Shown here one piece after another: positions 40,101 through 52,404 of a DNA stretch of 64,000 nucleotides. How positions within the stretch are numbered: position 1 is the first letter of the stretch; each line of letters starts with the position of its first letter. This DNA is from Balanoglossus misakiensis (taxonomy: Eukaryota; Animalia; Hemichordata): the NCBI GenBank assembly GCA_040954595.2, contig CM082588.2, positions 11,421,398-11,485,397 of the forward strand. Direction: 5' to 3'. Below the pieces are notes generated by a model. It did not search any database. It was not told the DNA's origin and saw only the letters and a list, made by a program, of their open reading frames with translations. Made by a program: the position numbers and the translations under genes.

Positions 40101-43100
40101 TCTTGGATACGTTGAAAATAAAAATTCGTGGAGTTACGATTTCGTATGCAACTAGGAATTTATTAGGGCCGAGAAACAGCTTGAAACGGAGAATATTTTA
40201 CTAGAAACTCGTGTGAATGATCTATAAACGCCTGACATGTTAGATGAACTGCATGAAAAAAGAACAGTTGATAGCATACTGTCAAAAAAGTAGAAGGAAG
40301 TCGCGTACGTGCTCGGGCCAGGTGGTCTACAGAAGGGGAAAAACCTACTAAGTATTTTTGCTCTATGGAAAAGAGACATTTCACCAATAAAGCCATCGGT
40401 CAGCTGTGCCTGAGTGTTGGCTCCACAATAACTGAGGACGAAGACATCCTTCGTGAACAATCTAAGTTTTACCGGAATCTATATGCGGCTACCAAAAACG
40501 TTGCTTGCAATATTGATCAGTTAGATAATTTTATGCAGCATGGAAATACTTTGCCTACTTTGAGTACTGAGGAACGGGATTCTTTGGAAGGGGCCCTGTC
40601 TAAGCATGAATGTGGAGTAGTGTTGAAGTCAATAGCAAATAATAAGTCACCAGGAACAGACGGTTTTTCTGCCGAAATTTTTTTGGCCCGACATTGGTGT
40701 TTATATAGCCCGTGCAATTAATTCCGCCTACTCCTCAGGCGAAATGTCTATTTCTCAAAAGCGGGGAATTGTTACTTGTATCCCGAAACCCAACAAGAAT
40801 AGATTTCACATGAAAAATTGGCGCCGTATTACATTGCTAAACACGGATGATAAGATTGCATCTGGTGTTATAGCAAACCGTATGAAACGGTTCTTGCCAA
40901 AAATTATTCACCCTGACTAGAAAGGTTTTTTGAGGAAAGGAAGGTGTATTGGTGAAAATACACGTTTGATTGATGATGTATCGTTAACTTCAAAGATAGA
41001 CAAGGTTTTCTTGTACTTCTAGACTTTGAAATGGCGTTTGACACGATTTCTTGGGAATTTATCGATAAAGCATTGAGAAAGTTTAATTTTTATCCCTCTT
41101 TCAGAAAATGGGTCAAAGTGTTTTATAAAAACACCACTAGTTGTGTTATAAATAACGGAAACTTTCCTGATTTTTCCCCTCGAGAGAGGTGTTAGACAAG
41201 ATGATCCTCTATCACCGTACCTGTTTATCACCTGTGTTGAAAAACTTGCGCATGAAATCAGAGCCCATAGTAATATAGAAGGAATTACACTTAGAGATAA
41301 AAAAAAAAATTACTGGGGCAATACGCAGATGATATTTTTGTATATTTAGATGGTTCTGAAAGTTCTCTGAAAAATCTGTTTGCTACCTTGGGTTTCTTTA
41401 CTTTTCTGTCGGGTTTGCGAATTAACTACCAAAAAACTAAATTGGTTTGGTTTGGCGCTAAATGCCATTCACATGATATTTTGTTGCCAAAAAAGAACTT
41501 ATTATGGGTTGATGAACCGTTAACAGTTCTTGGTATTAACCTGAACGTTGATCTTGTTGGGCTTGATATGTTAAATTTTACACCAAAAGTAAGGGAAGTG
41601 TCCACACTGCTTACTAAGTGGTCATGGCGACCTGTGACCTTGTTTGGCAAGATAACAATAGCTAAAACACTTGCTTTGTCAAAGTTTATTCATATTTTCT
41701 CATCCTTACCTCCCATGTCAGATAATCAAATATGTACACTTATTAGAGTTTTATCGGAATTCAAAACCTGATAAAGTCAATAGATTAAGATTATTAGGGC
41801 CCAAGCCCAGCAGGCTAAGCCCAGCAGGCTTGGGCCCTATTGTTTTTACTGTAGTTTTTAGGGCACAAGCGCCCTCAGGCGCTTGTGCCCTATTGGTATT
41901 GTTGGCTTTTTTCTTCTACTGATTTTTTTTCTTGTGCAGTTTTTTCGGCCACTTTGATCTTGAAAACGGCTGAACCTACAAATCTCAAACTTGGCACAGT
42001 GGTGCAGGCCTATGAGAGCTAGTGCAGTACCCTCGTGAATGTTTAATAAGTCATGTGACCTGATGACCATATATGGGCAAAGTTTTCAAATGGGCCTAAT
42101 TTGCATATGAATGGAAATATCAAAATTCTTTTAGCGATTTTTGCGGACCATGTGGTCAGTGTCCTACATGCCAAATGTCAAGGCCGTGGGTTAAGTCTAT
42201 TTTGAGAAGAAGATTTTTTTATTTTTCATATTTTTGGACCCAGCCATGGGCCTATACTTTCTATAGTTAAGCTATGACGCTATGTCCACGTCGGCTGTGC
42301 AATGGTCCTGTACAGTGACTCTTTATTGGCCCGTGAGCAGAATGGAACCACAATAAAAGGCTAAATTTTGGGCTCACCTGTAACACCTGCTTAACTCATT
42401 AATTATGTGCATACTTAATTCCAGGATAACTAATACGGCTAGAGGTTTTGTTCTTGTGGGACATGGACCAGTATGGGATCAAAAATTGTTGCCCAAATTT
42501 TGGGTGACCTCAGGTGACCTTTGACCTACTTTCCTATATCTCGGCATCCACAGCAAGTACAGACTTGGCGTTTGGAGGGTTGTGACTAAAATTGAAAAGA
42601 CAAAATTGGGGGCCACCTGTGACACCTGCATATTCATTAATTATGTGCATACCTAATTCCAGGCTAGCCAATAGGGCTAGAGGTTTGATTTTTGTTGAAC
42701 ATGGACCAGTATGGGGTTAACATTTCTTGCCTAATTTTGGGTGACCTCAGGTGACCTTTGACCTAACTTTCTATATCTCGGCATCCAGATCAGGTACAGA
42801 CTTGGCATTTGGAGGGATTGAACTCCCAATGGAGTCTTACACTTTACCTCAAAGTTGGGGGTCACCTGTGGCACCTGCTTATCTCATTAATTATGTGCAT
42901 ACCTAATTCCAGGCTAGAAAATAGGGCTAGAGGTTTGACTTTTGTTGAACATGGACCAGTATGGGGTTAAAATTTCTTGCCCAATTTTGGGTGACCTCAG
43001 GTGACCTTTGACCTACTTTACCATATCTCGGCATCCACAGCAGATACAGCCTTGGCATTTGGAGGGATGGAACTCCTGATGGAGCCTTACACTTTACCTC

Positions 43101-46100
43101 ATTAATTATGCGCATATCTAATTCTAGGCGAACCAATAGGGCTAGAGGTCTGGTCTTTGTTGGACCTGGACTAGTATGGGGTCAAAAATTTTTGCCCAAC
43201 TTTCGGGCGGCCTCAGGTGACCTTTGACCTACTTTCCTATATCTCGGCATCCAGAACAGGTACAGCTTTTGTGTTTGGATGGATCAAACTATTAATGGAG
43301 TCTTACACTTTACATCATTAATTATGTGCATATCTAATTTAAGACAAACCAATAGGGCTAGAGGTCTGGTTTCTGTTGGACCTGGACTAGTATTGGGATC
43401 AAAACGTTTCGCCCAAATTTTGGGTGACCACATATGACCTTTGACCTTCGGCTTAAGCTTGTGCCCGTCATCGCTGCTTGCAGCTATATTTAGGGCCCAA
43501 GCCCAGCAGGCTTGGGCCCTATTGGTATTACTGGCTTTTTTTAGGGCCCAAGCGCATGCAGCGCTTGGGCCCTATTGGTATTATCCTCTTTTTTAGGGCA
43601 CAAGCCAAGCAGGCTTGTGCCCTATTGGTATTACTGGGGTTTTTCATCTTTTTTTAGGGCACAAGCGCCCTCAGGCGCTTGTGCCCTATTGGTATTAGTG
43701 GGGTTTTTCATCTTTTTCTTCTTGTGTAGTTTTTTTGCTCAGGTAGATCTTGAAAACGGCTGAACCTACAAATCTCAAACTTGGCACAATGGTGCAGGTC
43801 TATGAGAGCTTGTGCAGTATCCCTGTGAATGTTTAATTAGTCATGTGACCTGATGACCATATATGGGCAAAGTTTTCAAATGGGCCTAATTTGCATATGA
43901 ATGGAGATATCAAAATTCTTTTAGCGATTTTCGCAGACCATGTGGTCAGTGTCCTACATGCCAAATGTCAAGGCCGTGGGCCAAGTCTATTTTGAGAAGA
44001 AGATTTTTTTATTTTTCATATTTTTGAACCCAGCCATGGGCCTATACTTTCTATAGTTAAGCTATGACGCTATGTCCACGTCGGCTGTGCAATGGTCCTG
44101 TACAGTGACTCTTTATTGGCCCGTGAGCAGAATGGAACCACAATAAAAGGCTAAATTTTGGGCTCACCTGTAACACCTGCTTAACTCATTAATTATGTGC
44201 ATACCTAATTCCAGGATAACTAATACGGCTAGAGGTTTTGTTCTTGTGGGACATGGACCAGTATGGGATCAAAAATTGTTGCCCAAATTTTGGGTGACCT
44301 CAGGTGACCTTTGACCTACTTTCCTATATCTCGGCATCCACAGCAAGTACAGACTTGGCGTTTGGAGGGTTGTGACTAAAATTGAAAAGACAAAATTGGG
44401 GGCCACCTGTGACACCTGCATATTCATTAATTATGTGCATACCTAATTCCAGGCTAGCCAATAGGGCTAGAGGTTTGATTTTTGTTGAACATGGACCAGT
44501 ATGGGGTTAACATTTCTTGCCTAATTTTGGGTGACCTCAGGTGACCTTTGACCTAACTTTCTATATCTCGGCATCCAGATCAGGTACAGACTTGGCATTT
44601 GGAGGGATTGAACTCCCAATGGAGTCTTACACTTTACCTCAAAGTTGGGGGTCACCTGTGGCACCTGCTTATCTCATTAATTATGTGCATACCTAATTCC
44701 AGGCTAGAAAATAGGGCTAGAGGTTTGACTTTTGTTGAACATGGACCAGTATGGGGTTAAAATTTCTTGCCCAATTTTGGGTGACCTCAGGTGACCTTTG
44801 ACCTACTTTACCATATCTCGGCATCCACAGCAGATACAGCCTTGGCATTTGGAGGGATGGAACTCCTGATGGAGCCTTACACTTTACCTCATTAATTATG
44901 CGCATATCTAATTCTAGGCGAACCAATAGGGCTAGAGGTCTGGTCTTTGTTGGACCTGGACTAGTATGGGGTCAAAAACTTTTGCCCAACTTTCGGGCGG
45001 CCTCAGGTGACCTTTGACCTACTTTCCTATATCTCGGCATCCAGAACAGGTACAGCTTTTGTGTTTGGATGGATCAAACTATTAATGGAGTCTTACACTT
45101 TACATCATTAATTATGTGCATATCTAATTTAAGACAAACCAATAGGGCTAGAGGTCTGGTTTCTGTTGGACCTGGACTAGTATTGGGATCAAAACGTTTC
45201 GCCCAAATTTTGGGTGACCACATATGACCTTTGACCTTCGGCTTAAGCTTGTGCCCGTCATCGCTGCTTGCAGCTATATTTAGGGCCCAAGCCCAGCAGG
45301 CTTGGGCCCTATTGGTATTACTGGCTTTTTTTAGGGCCCAAGCGCATGCAGCGCTTGGGCCCTATTGGTATTATCCTCTTTTTTAGGGCACAAGCCAAGC
45401 AGGCTTGTGCCCTATTGGTATTACTGGGGTTTTTCATCTTTTTCTTCTTGTGTAGTTTTTTTGCTCAGGTAGATCTTGAAAACGGCTGAACCTACAAATC
45501 TCAAACTTGGCACAATGGTGCAGGTCTATGAGAGCTTGTGCAGTATCCCTGTGAATGTTTAATTAGTCATGTGACCTGATGACCATATATGGGCAAAGTT
45601 TTCAAATGGGCCTAATTTGCATATGAATGGAGATATCAAAATTCTTTTAGCGATTTTTGCAGACCATGTGGTCAGTGTCCTACATGCCAAATGTCAAGGC
45701 CGTGGGCCAAGTCTATTTTGAGAAGAAGATTTTTTTATTTTTCATATTTTTGAACCCAGCCATGGGCCTATACTTTCTATAGTTAAGCTATGACGCTATG
45801 TCCATGTCGGCTGTGCATTGGTCCTGTACAGTGACTCTCTATTGGCCCGTGAGCAGAATGGCACCACAATAAAAGGCAAAGTTTTGGGATCACCTGTAAC
45901 ACCTGCTTAACTCATTAATTATGTGCATACCTAATTCCAGGCTAACTAATAAGGCTAGAGGTTTTGTTCTTGTGGGACATGGATCAGTATGGCATCAAAA
46001 ATTTTTGCCCAAATTTTGGGTGACCTCAGGTGACCTTTGACCTACTTTCCTATATCTCAGCATCCACAGCAGGCACTGACTTGGCGTTTGGAGGGTTGTG

Positions 46101-49100
46101 ACTAAAATTGAAAAGACAAAATTAGGGGTCACCTGTGACACCTGCGTAACTCTATTATGTGCATGCGTAATTGTGGGGTCAATGAAAGGGATGCTAGCAT
46201 GGTATTTGTTGCACATGGATCAATATGAAGTCCGATTTTCCTGTCAAGTTGTGGGCGACCTTATGTGATATTTCACCTACTTTTGCTTAGTGAATAACAG
46301 CAGATGCATGCAGCTTTGGCGTGGTGGGGGGGGGGGGGGTATACGGATGGGACCATAATGATATACCAAAGGCGGGGTCACCCGTTGCACCTGCCGAAGT
46401 CATTGATTTTGTACATTTAATTGGACACTAACCAACAGGGCGATATGTGTGGTTTTTGTTCCACACGGACGAATGTAAGTGTCAGTTGGTTTTTGCCCAA
46501 ATGTATAAGGTGATTTGGATGACCTCTGTCGTACAGTGCCATATCTCAGCACGTTGTGCAGGTGCAGCTTTGGTATTTGGAAGGATGAAACTATCATGAA
46601 ATGCCAAATACATGGGGATACCTGTGACACCTGCTTGATTTGTGTATTCCGTGCATACCTAATGGTAGGCAAAGTGAAAGGGCTGCAAATGTAGGATTTG
46701 TTGCACATGACATAAACAGGAATGAAAATTTTTTGTCAAATATTTGGTTGACCTCAGGTGTCAATTGACCTGCTTTCCATATGTTAGCATGCACATCATA
46801 TATAGCCAGGTGTTTGGAGGGGTAGGGTAGGACCTCTGCGTCATGAAATGCTAAATTCCTGGGGCCACCTGTAACTTACTTGCGTAACTCATTTTATGGT
46901 CATATCTGATTTGACCAACCCAACGGGCAAGGATTTTCCGTTGTCTTGAATATGAACCAAATTTTTGGTCCAATTTTTGGGTACCCTCAACTGACCTTTG
47001 AAGTACTTACTGAAGTACTTACAACGTAGAAGTTCACCTTTGGTTGTTGTTTTTGTACTTGTACGACATGCATTTCAGGTGGTTGCCTACTTCCCCATAT
47101 CTCAACATCGAGAGCAAATACAGCCTACGCATTTGAATGGTACAACCCTGAATGGAGTCTAATGGTTATTAACTCTATGCTTGGGCCCCTTCAATGCTGC
47201 TTGCAGCTTTAATTTTTTTTTTTCTTGTGTAGTTTTTTTGCTCAGGTAGATCTTGAAAACGGTTGAACCTACAAATCTCAAACTTGGCACAATGGTGCAG
47301 GCCTATGAGAGCTGGTGCAGTATCCCTGTGAATGTTTAATTAGTCATGTGACCTGATGACCATATATGGGCAAAGTTTTCAAATGGGCCTAATTTGCATA
47401 TGAATGGAGATATCAAAATTTTTTTAGCGATTTTTGCAGACCATGTGGTCAGTGTCCTACATGCCAAATGTCAAGGCCGTGGGCCAAGTCTATTTTGAGA
47501 AGAAGATTTTTTTATTTTTCATATTTTTGAACCCAGCCATGGGCCTATACTTTCTATAGTTAAGCTATGACGCTATGTCCATGTCGGCTGTGCATTGGTC
47601 CTGTACAGTGACTCTCTATTGGCCCGTGAGCAGAATGGCACCACAATAAAAGGCAAAGTTTTGGGATCACCTGTAACACCTGCTTAACTCATTAATTATG
47701 TGCATACCTAATTCCAGGCTAACTAATAAGGCTAGAGGTTTTGTTCTTGTGGGACATGGATCAGTATGGCATCAAAAATTTTTGCCCTAATTTTGGGTGA
47801 CCTCAGGTGACCTTTGACCTACTTTCCTATATCTCAGCATCCACAGCAGGCACTGACTTGGCGTTTGGAGGGTTGTGACTAAAATTGAAAAGACAAAATT
47901 AGGGGTCACCTGTGACACCTGCGTAACTCTATTATGTGCATGCGTAATTGTGGGGTCAATGAAAGGGATGCTAGCATGGTATTTGTTGCACATGGATCAA
48001 TACGAAGTCAGATTTTCCTGTCAAGTTGTGGGCGACCTTATGTGATATTTCACCTACTTTTGCTTAGTGAATAACAGCAGATGCATGCAGCTTTGGCGTG
48101 GTGGGGGGGGGGGGGTATACGGATGGGACCATAATGATATACCAAAGGCGGGGTCACCCGTTGCACCTGCCGAAGTCATTGATTTTGTACATTTAATTGG
48201 ACACTAACCAACAGGGCGATATGTGTGGTTTTTGTTCCACACGGACGAATGTAAGTGTCAGTTGGTTTTTGCCCAAATGTATAAGGTGATTTGGATGACC
48301 TCTGTCGTACAGTGCCATATCTCAGCACGTTGTGCAGGTGCAGCTTTGGTATTTGGAGGGATGAAACTATCATGAAATGCCAAATACATGGGGATACCTG
48401 TGACACCTGCTTGATTTGTGTATTGCGTGCATACCTAATGGTAGGCAAAGTGAAAGGGCTGCAAATGTAGGATTTGTTGCACATGACATAAACAGGAATG
48501 AAAATTTTTTGTCAAATATTTGGTTGACCTCAGGTGTCAATTGACCTGCTTTCCATATGTTAGCATGCAAATCATATATAGCCAGGTGTTTGGAGGGGTA
48601 GGGTAGGACCTCTGCGTCATGAAATGCTAAATTCCTGGGGCCACCTGTAACTTACTTGCGTAACTCATTTTATGGTCATATCTAATTTGACCAACCCAAC
48701 GGGCAAGGATTTTCCGTTGTCTTGAATATGAACCAAATTTTTGGTCCAATTTTTGGGTACCCTCAACTGACCTTTGAAGTACTTCTGAAGTACTTACAAC
48801 GTAGAAGTTCACCTTTGGTTGTTGTTTTTGTACTTGTACGACATGCATTTCAGGTGGTTGCCTACTTCCCCATATCTCAACATCGAGAGCAAATACAGCC
48901 TACGCATTTGAATGGTACAACCCTGAATGGAGTCTAATGGTTATTAACTCTATGCTTGGGCCCCTTCAATGCTGCTTGCAGCTTTAATTTTTTTTTTCTT
49001 GTGTAGTTTTTTTGCTCAGGTAGATCTTGAAAACGGTTGAACCTACAAATCTCAAACTTGGCACAATGGTGCAGGCCTATGAGAGCTGGTGCAGTATCCC

Positions 49101-49604
49101 TGTGAATGTTTAATTAGTCATGTGACCTGATGACCATATATGGGCAAAGTTTTCAAATGGGCCTAATTTGCATATGAATGGAGATATCAAAATTCTTTTA
49201 GCGATTTTTGCAGACCATGTGGTCAGTGTCCTACATGCCAAATGTCAAGGCCGTGGGCCAAGTCTATTTTGAGAAGAAGATTTTTTATTTTTCATATTTT
49301 TATACCTGGCCATAGGCCTATATTTTCTATAGTTAAAGGCGCCTAAGCTGCAACGGTTTACACTTAATTTTGCCAAAAATAACCCCCAAATGTCGCTTAC
49401 ATTGTTTGAATCCATACAATTAAGCGGTATACCCTTCAACTACCACACTGGGACATCCAGTGCGAAAGAAATTCACGATTTTCGAAAACGCAGCCACGTG
49501 ACCAGGAACACAAGAAATGCCGCGTCAAACGGAGAACGAGATCCCGATCTTACTGCGTGATACGGCGTGATGTGAGCGTGACCTTTATTCGCAACTCAAC
49601 AACA

Positions 49605-51651
49605 ATGGACGCACCATATGAGGTAACGTATGTCCATTTTGTAAACAAACTCACGTGTTTTCTGCCTCCTCAAACCTCGTTTTTTATTGCTAAATGTTCT
49701 TCAGTTCGATGTTTCACTTGAACAAAGATGATATTACTACAGTTTTAGGCTTGATCGATCAAATGTCAAGGAACCAGAGCTTGTTATGCTCGTCGCCATA
49801 CATACGCGTTTATGGCTTACGCTACTCTCGGTCCCATCGTGGTTCGTGTGGAATACGAGGTGGTTTCGCATATTTTTTACATGACTAGTAATTCGTTTTG
49901 AATCTGGATTTACTCAGAAATGTTGTTAGTTTGTAATATGGCGTTTGGGTTGTGTAGTTACGATCGTATTCGCGTATTTGTGACATGAGCATCGACCTCT
50001 GTGTGTTCCGGTGTTTCACGGCCGTGTATAGCCGGAAACACACATACCTATAGTATGGCTAAATGTGTTTCCGCTGTACGCCCGGGCGGTTCAGTTTAAT
50101 AGTGAACAATCTTAGTAATATCCGTGAATTTCCGAATCATAAGGCAAAACGGACCACTTTCTATTCAAGGCAAAGAACACGTGGCATACAACAAGTGACG
50201 TTGTTTGCACTGACTATAACGTTGCTATGGCGATACCATAATAAAGACAAACATGCTGTCCTTTTGCTAGGGGATTTAGATTGGATGGAAGTAGAATGGC
50301 ATGGGAAATTTACTGACGGATTTACCACACTCTTTGTGTGGATTATTATGGCAAAGGCCACCTTTTTATCAAGTGGCTTAGGGAAAATATCAATGTTATG
50401 TTTCTACTCTGCCCACTCTCTGAAAGTTTTCTTGTTCACTCATTTTGCAGGCATCTTCTGACAGTTCACAAACTGAATTTCAAACTGAATTTCAAACAAG
50501 AGGGAATCAAAGGGGCAGGGTGAGAGGTTCAACAAGAGGACAGAGAAGTAGGGGGAGAGGCAGAGGAAGAGGAAGAGGAAGAGGTGATACAAGAGCAGAT
50601 GAAGCTTTACGAGATGTGCAGGAAAGAAAAAATACTGTTTGCGTAAGTAAAAATTTGCTTTGATAATAATCGGACATAAACTGACATCAGCTTATAGCCT
50701 TCACCGTAATAATAATAATAATAATAATATCTAATTTTCAGGAAATGTTGCAGAAAATGACGCAAGAACAGATGCATGATCTGTTGTTGCAGGTGGTAGA
50801 GAGAGACATCAGTCTAGTGTTTGATTTGGCAGTGCCGTGTCAGGATAATGAAGAAGGTTACCATCCTAAACCATCAACAAACACTCCAGAATGGTGTATA
50901 TGTGAAAACTGCAGGCAGATGCCAACACTTCCAGAGAGGAAATGTTGTGGGAAGCTGCCCGAGTTTTGTATATCTAGATTACCTGTAAGTATGTTTATGA
51001 ACTGAATGCACAACAGCTTGTTGTCCACATTTTTCAAGAACAAAAATCAGCGTACAAGATATGAAGATATTAATTTTCTCTTTTAACCTGATTTTCCCTG
51101 CCCATGCTCACGTGTAGGTTCTGAATTTACAATTCAAGGTAGCGAGTTGACAAAGACATTTGCACCAATGTTTAACTAGAAAAACACCGACACCCCCCCC
51201 CCCCCCATTTGGGAGATAAATAGGTGGGATTTGATCCTGTGATAGTTTGTGCAGGCGTAGTTAGGCATGTGTACATAAAATTCATATTTCAGTGTTTCAA
51301 AGGTACAAAAACTTTCAGAAGACTGATATTGCTACATTGCAACATTTCTTCGAAAAATATTCATTGAAACAATTCATATTTTCCCAGGATTTCAGAGTCA
51401 TCTGCTTACATGAAGGGGTATTGGCAGTAGCTCGGGCCTACAGAATGGATATCATGGCTACTAATGATTTCGATGATTACAATAAGTGCAACAGGCATGC
51501 TGCCTACCGCCAGTTTATTTTGTGGCAGCACGGAAAACTGGGAGCTGGCAACCGGAAAGTTATCGCGAGCTGTTGTGTTTGGGGTATACGGGATAAATAC
51601 CCTGACAACTTCGGACAGTACACAGGGTTTATCCCAACCCGTTTTGCGTGA
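49605..51651 (+). CDS. KolX / P2X7 cytoplasmic-ballast (nanor-like) Zn-binding protein, 4 exons, 238 aa
   Basis: Exons 49605-49622, 50451-50642, 50742-50984, 51388-51651, all GT-AG phase 0, open frame; RG-rich tract; WCICENC..ERKCC..C and RHAAYRQFILW.HG.LG.GNRKVIASCCV..IRDKYP...GQYTGF; AATAAA ~51914. The first micro-exon is the least certain. Confidence 0.85.
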
Positions 51652-52194
51652 AGTAACAACATGATTTTATTTACAATTTTTTCCTTATATTTTCCACTAC
51701 CTCATTTTACGCAATTATTGATTTTAAGATCGAAAGAACTCAGGGTTTATGCAGGGAATGCATAATTTTATTTACATATAAGTACTATTTAGTTTGTTTT
51801 ACGTTAGCTTATTTTTCTTTCTTTTTTTCTTATTTTGAATGTTTATTATCTTATTTATTGTGAAAAAAGTGACAACTTTTGTTATGTTTGAAACAGTAAT
51901 TATGTTTATTGAAAATAAAGTTTCTTTTTAAAATGTATATAATTGTTGTTGTTTTTTGGTAAAACAGACTACATCTCTACTAAAAGGTAACTAAATTCAT
52001 GTAGAATATATCACAGGTTGCATTGACAAGCAGGTAAGACTTTGTTTCATATCTGACAATGATTATCAGACAATCACTTTCACAGAAAACACAAATATCA
52101 CTGTTTTAAAGGGGGGAAAAGGCAAAAATTGCTACAAGATTATATAAATTCTAATTTTGCAACCATTTGAAATAACCATGGTGACTCAAATCAC

Positions 52195-52386
52195 AATTTT
52201 CACATTTTAAAGCTCATTTGCATAGTTTTGCAGATGACAACTTCAGTTGAACAAACTACCATCTACAGCCCGTCCTGCATCTTCACACCAAATATCGAGT
52301 TGGTATACCAAGCACTTTCAATTTTTGTTATGTGGACAGACATAACCCATTCCATAAGGTCCCACACACACACACGAAATGGGACA
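52195..52386 (-). mobile_element. Diverged 5' fragment of a Helentron-type element related to 34183-34440
   Basis: Reverse complement has a GTCCCA..(GT)n..TGGGACCTTATGG hairpin and ATATTTGGTGTG..GGGCTGTAGATGG..AGTTTGT; the spurious ORFs 34137-34457(-) and 52228-52413(+) share IYSP.C..TPNIE....MWTDI. Confidence 0.7.
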
Positions 52387-52404
52387 GATCAAATACATAT
52401 CAGA

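Noticed and set aside
42927-48937. Duplicated 60-100 aa ORFs in the Helentron-type array
   Set aside because: Products of non-coding tandem units; no Rep/helicase or other motifs.
50745-51651. Host P2X7 purinoceptor gene
   Set aside because: No transmembrane or ectodomain exons; only the ballast-like domain, enclosed by TIRs and a TTAA TSD.
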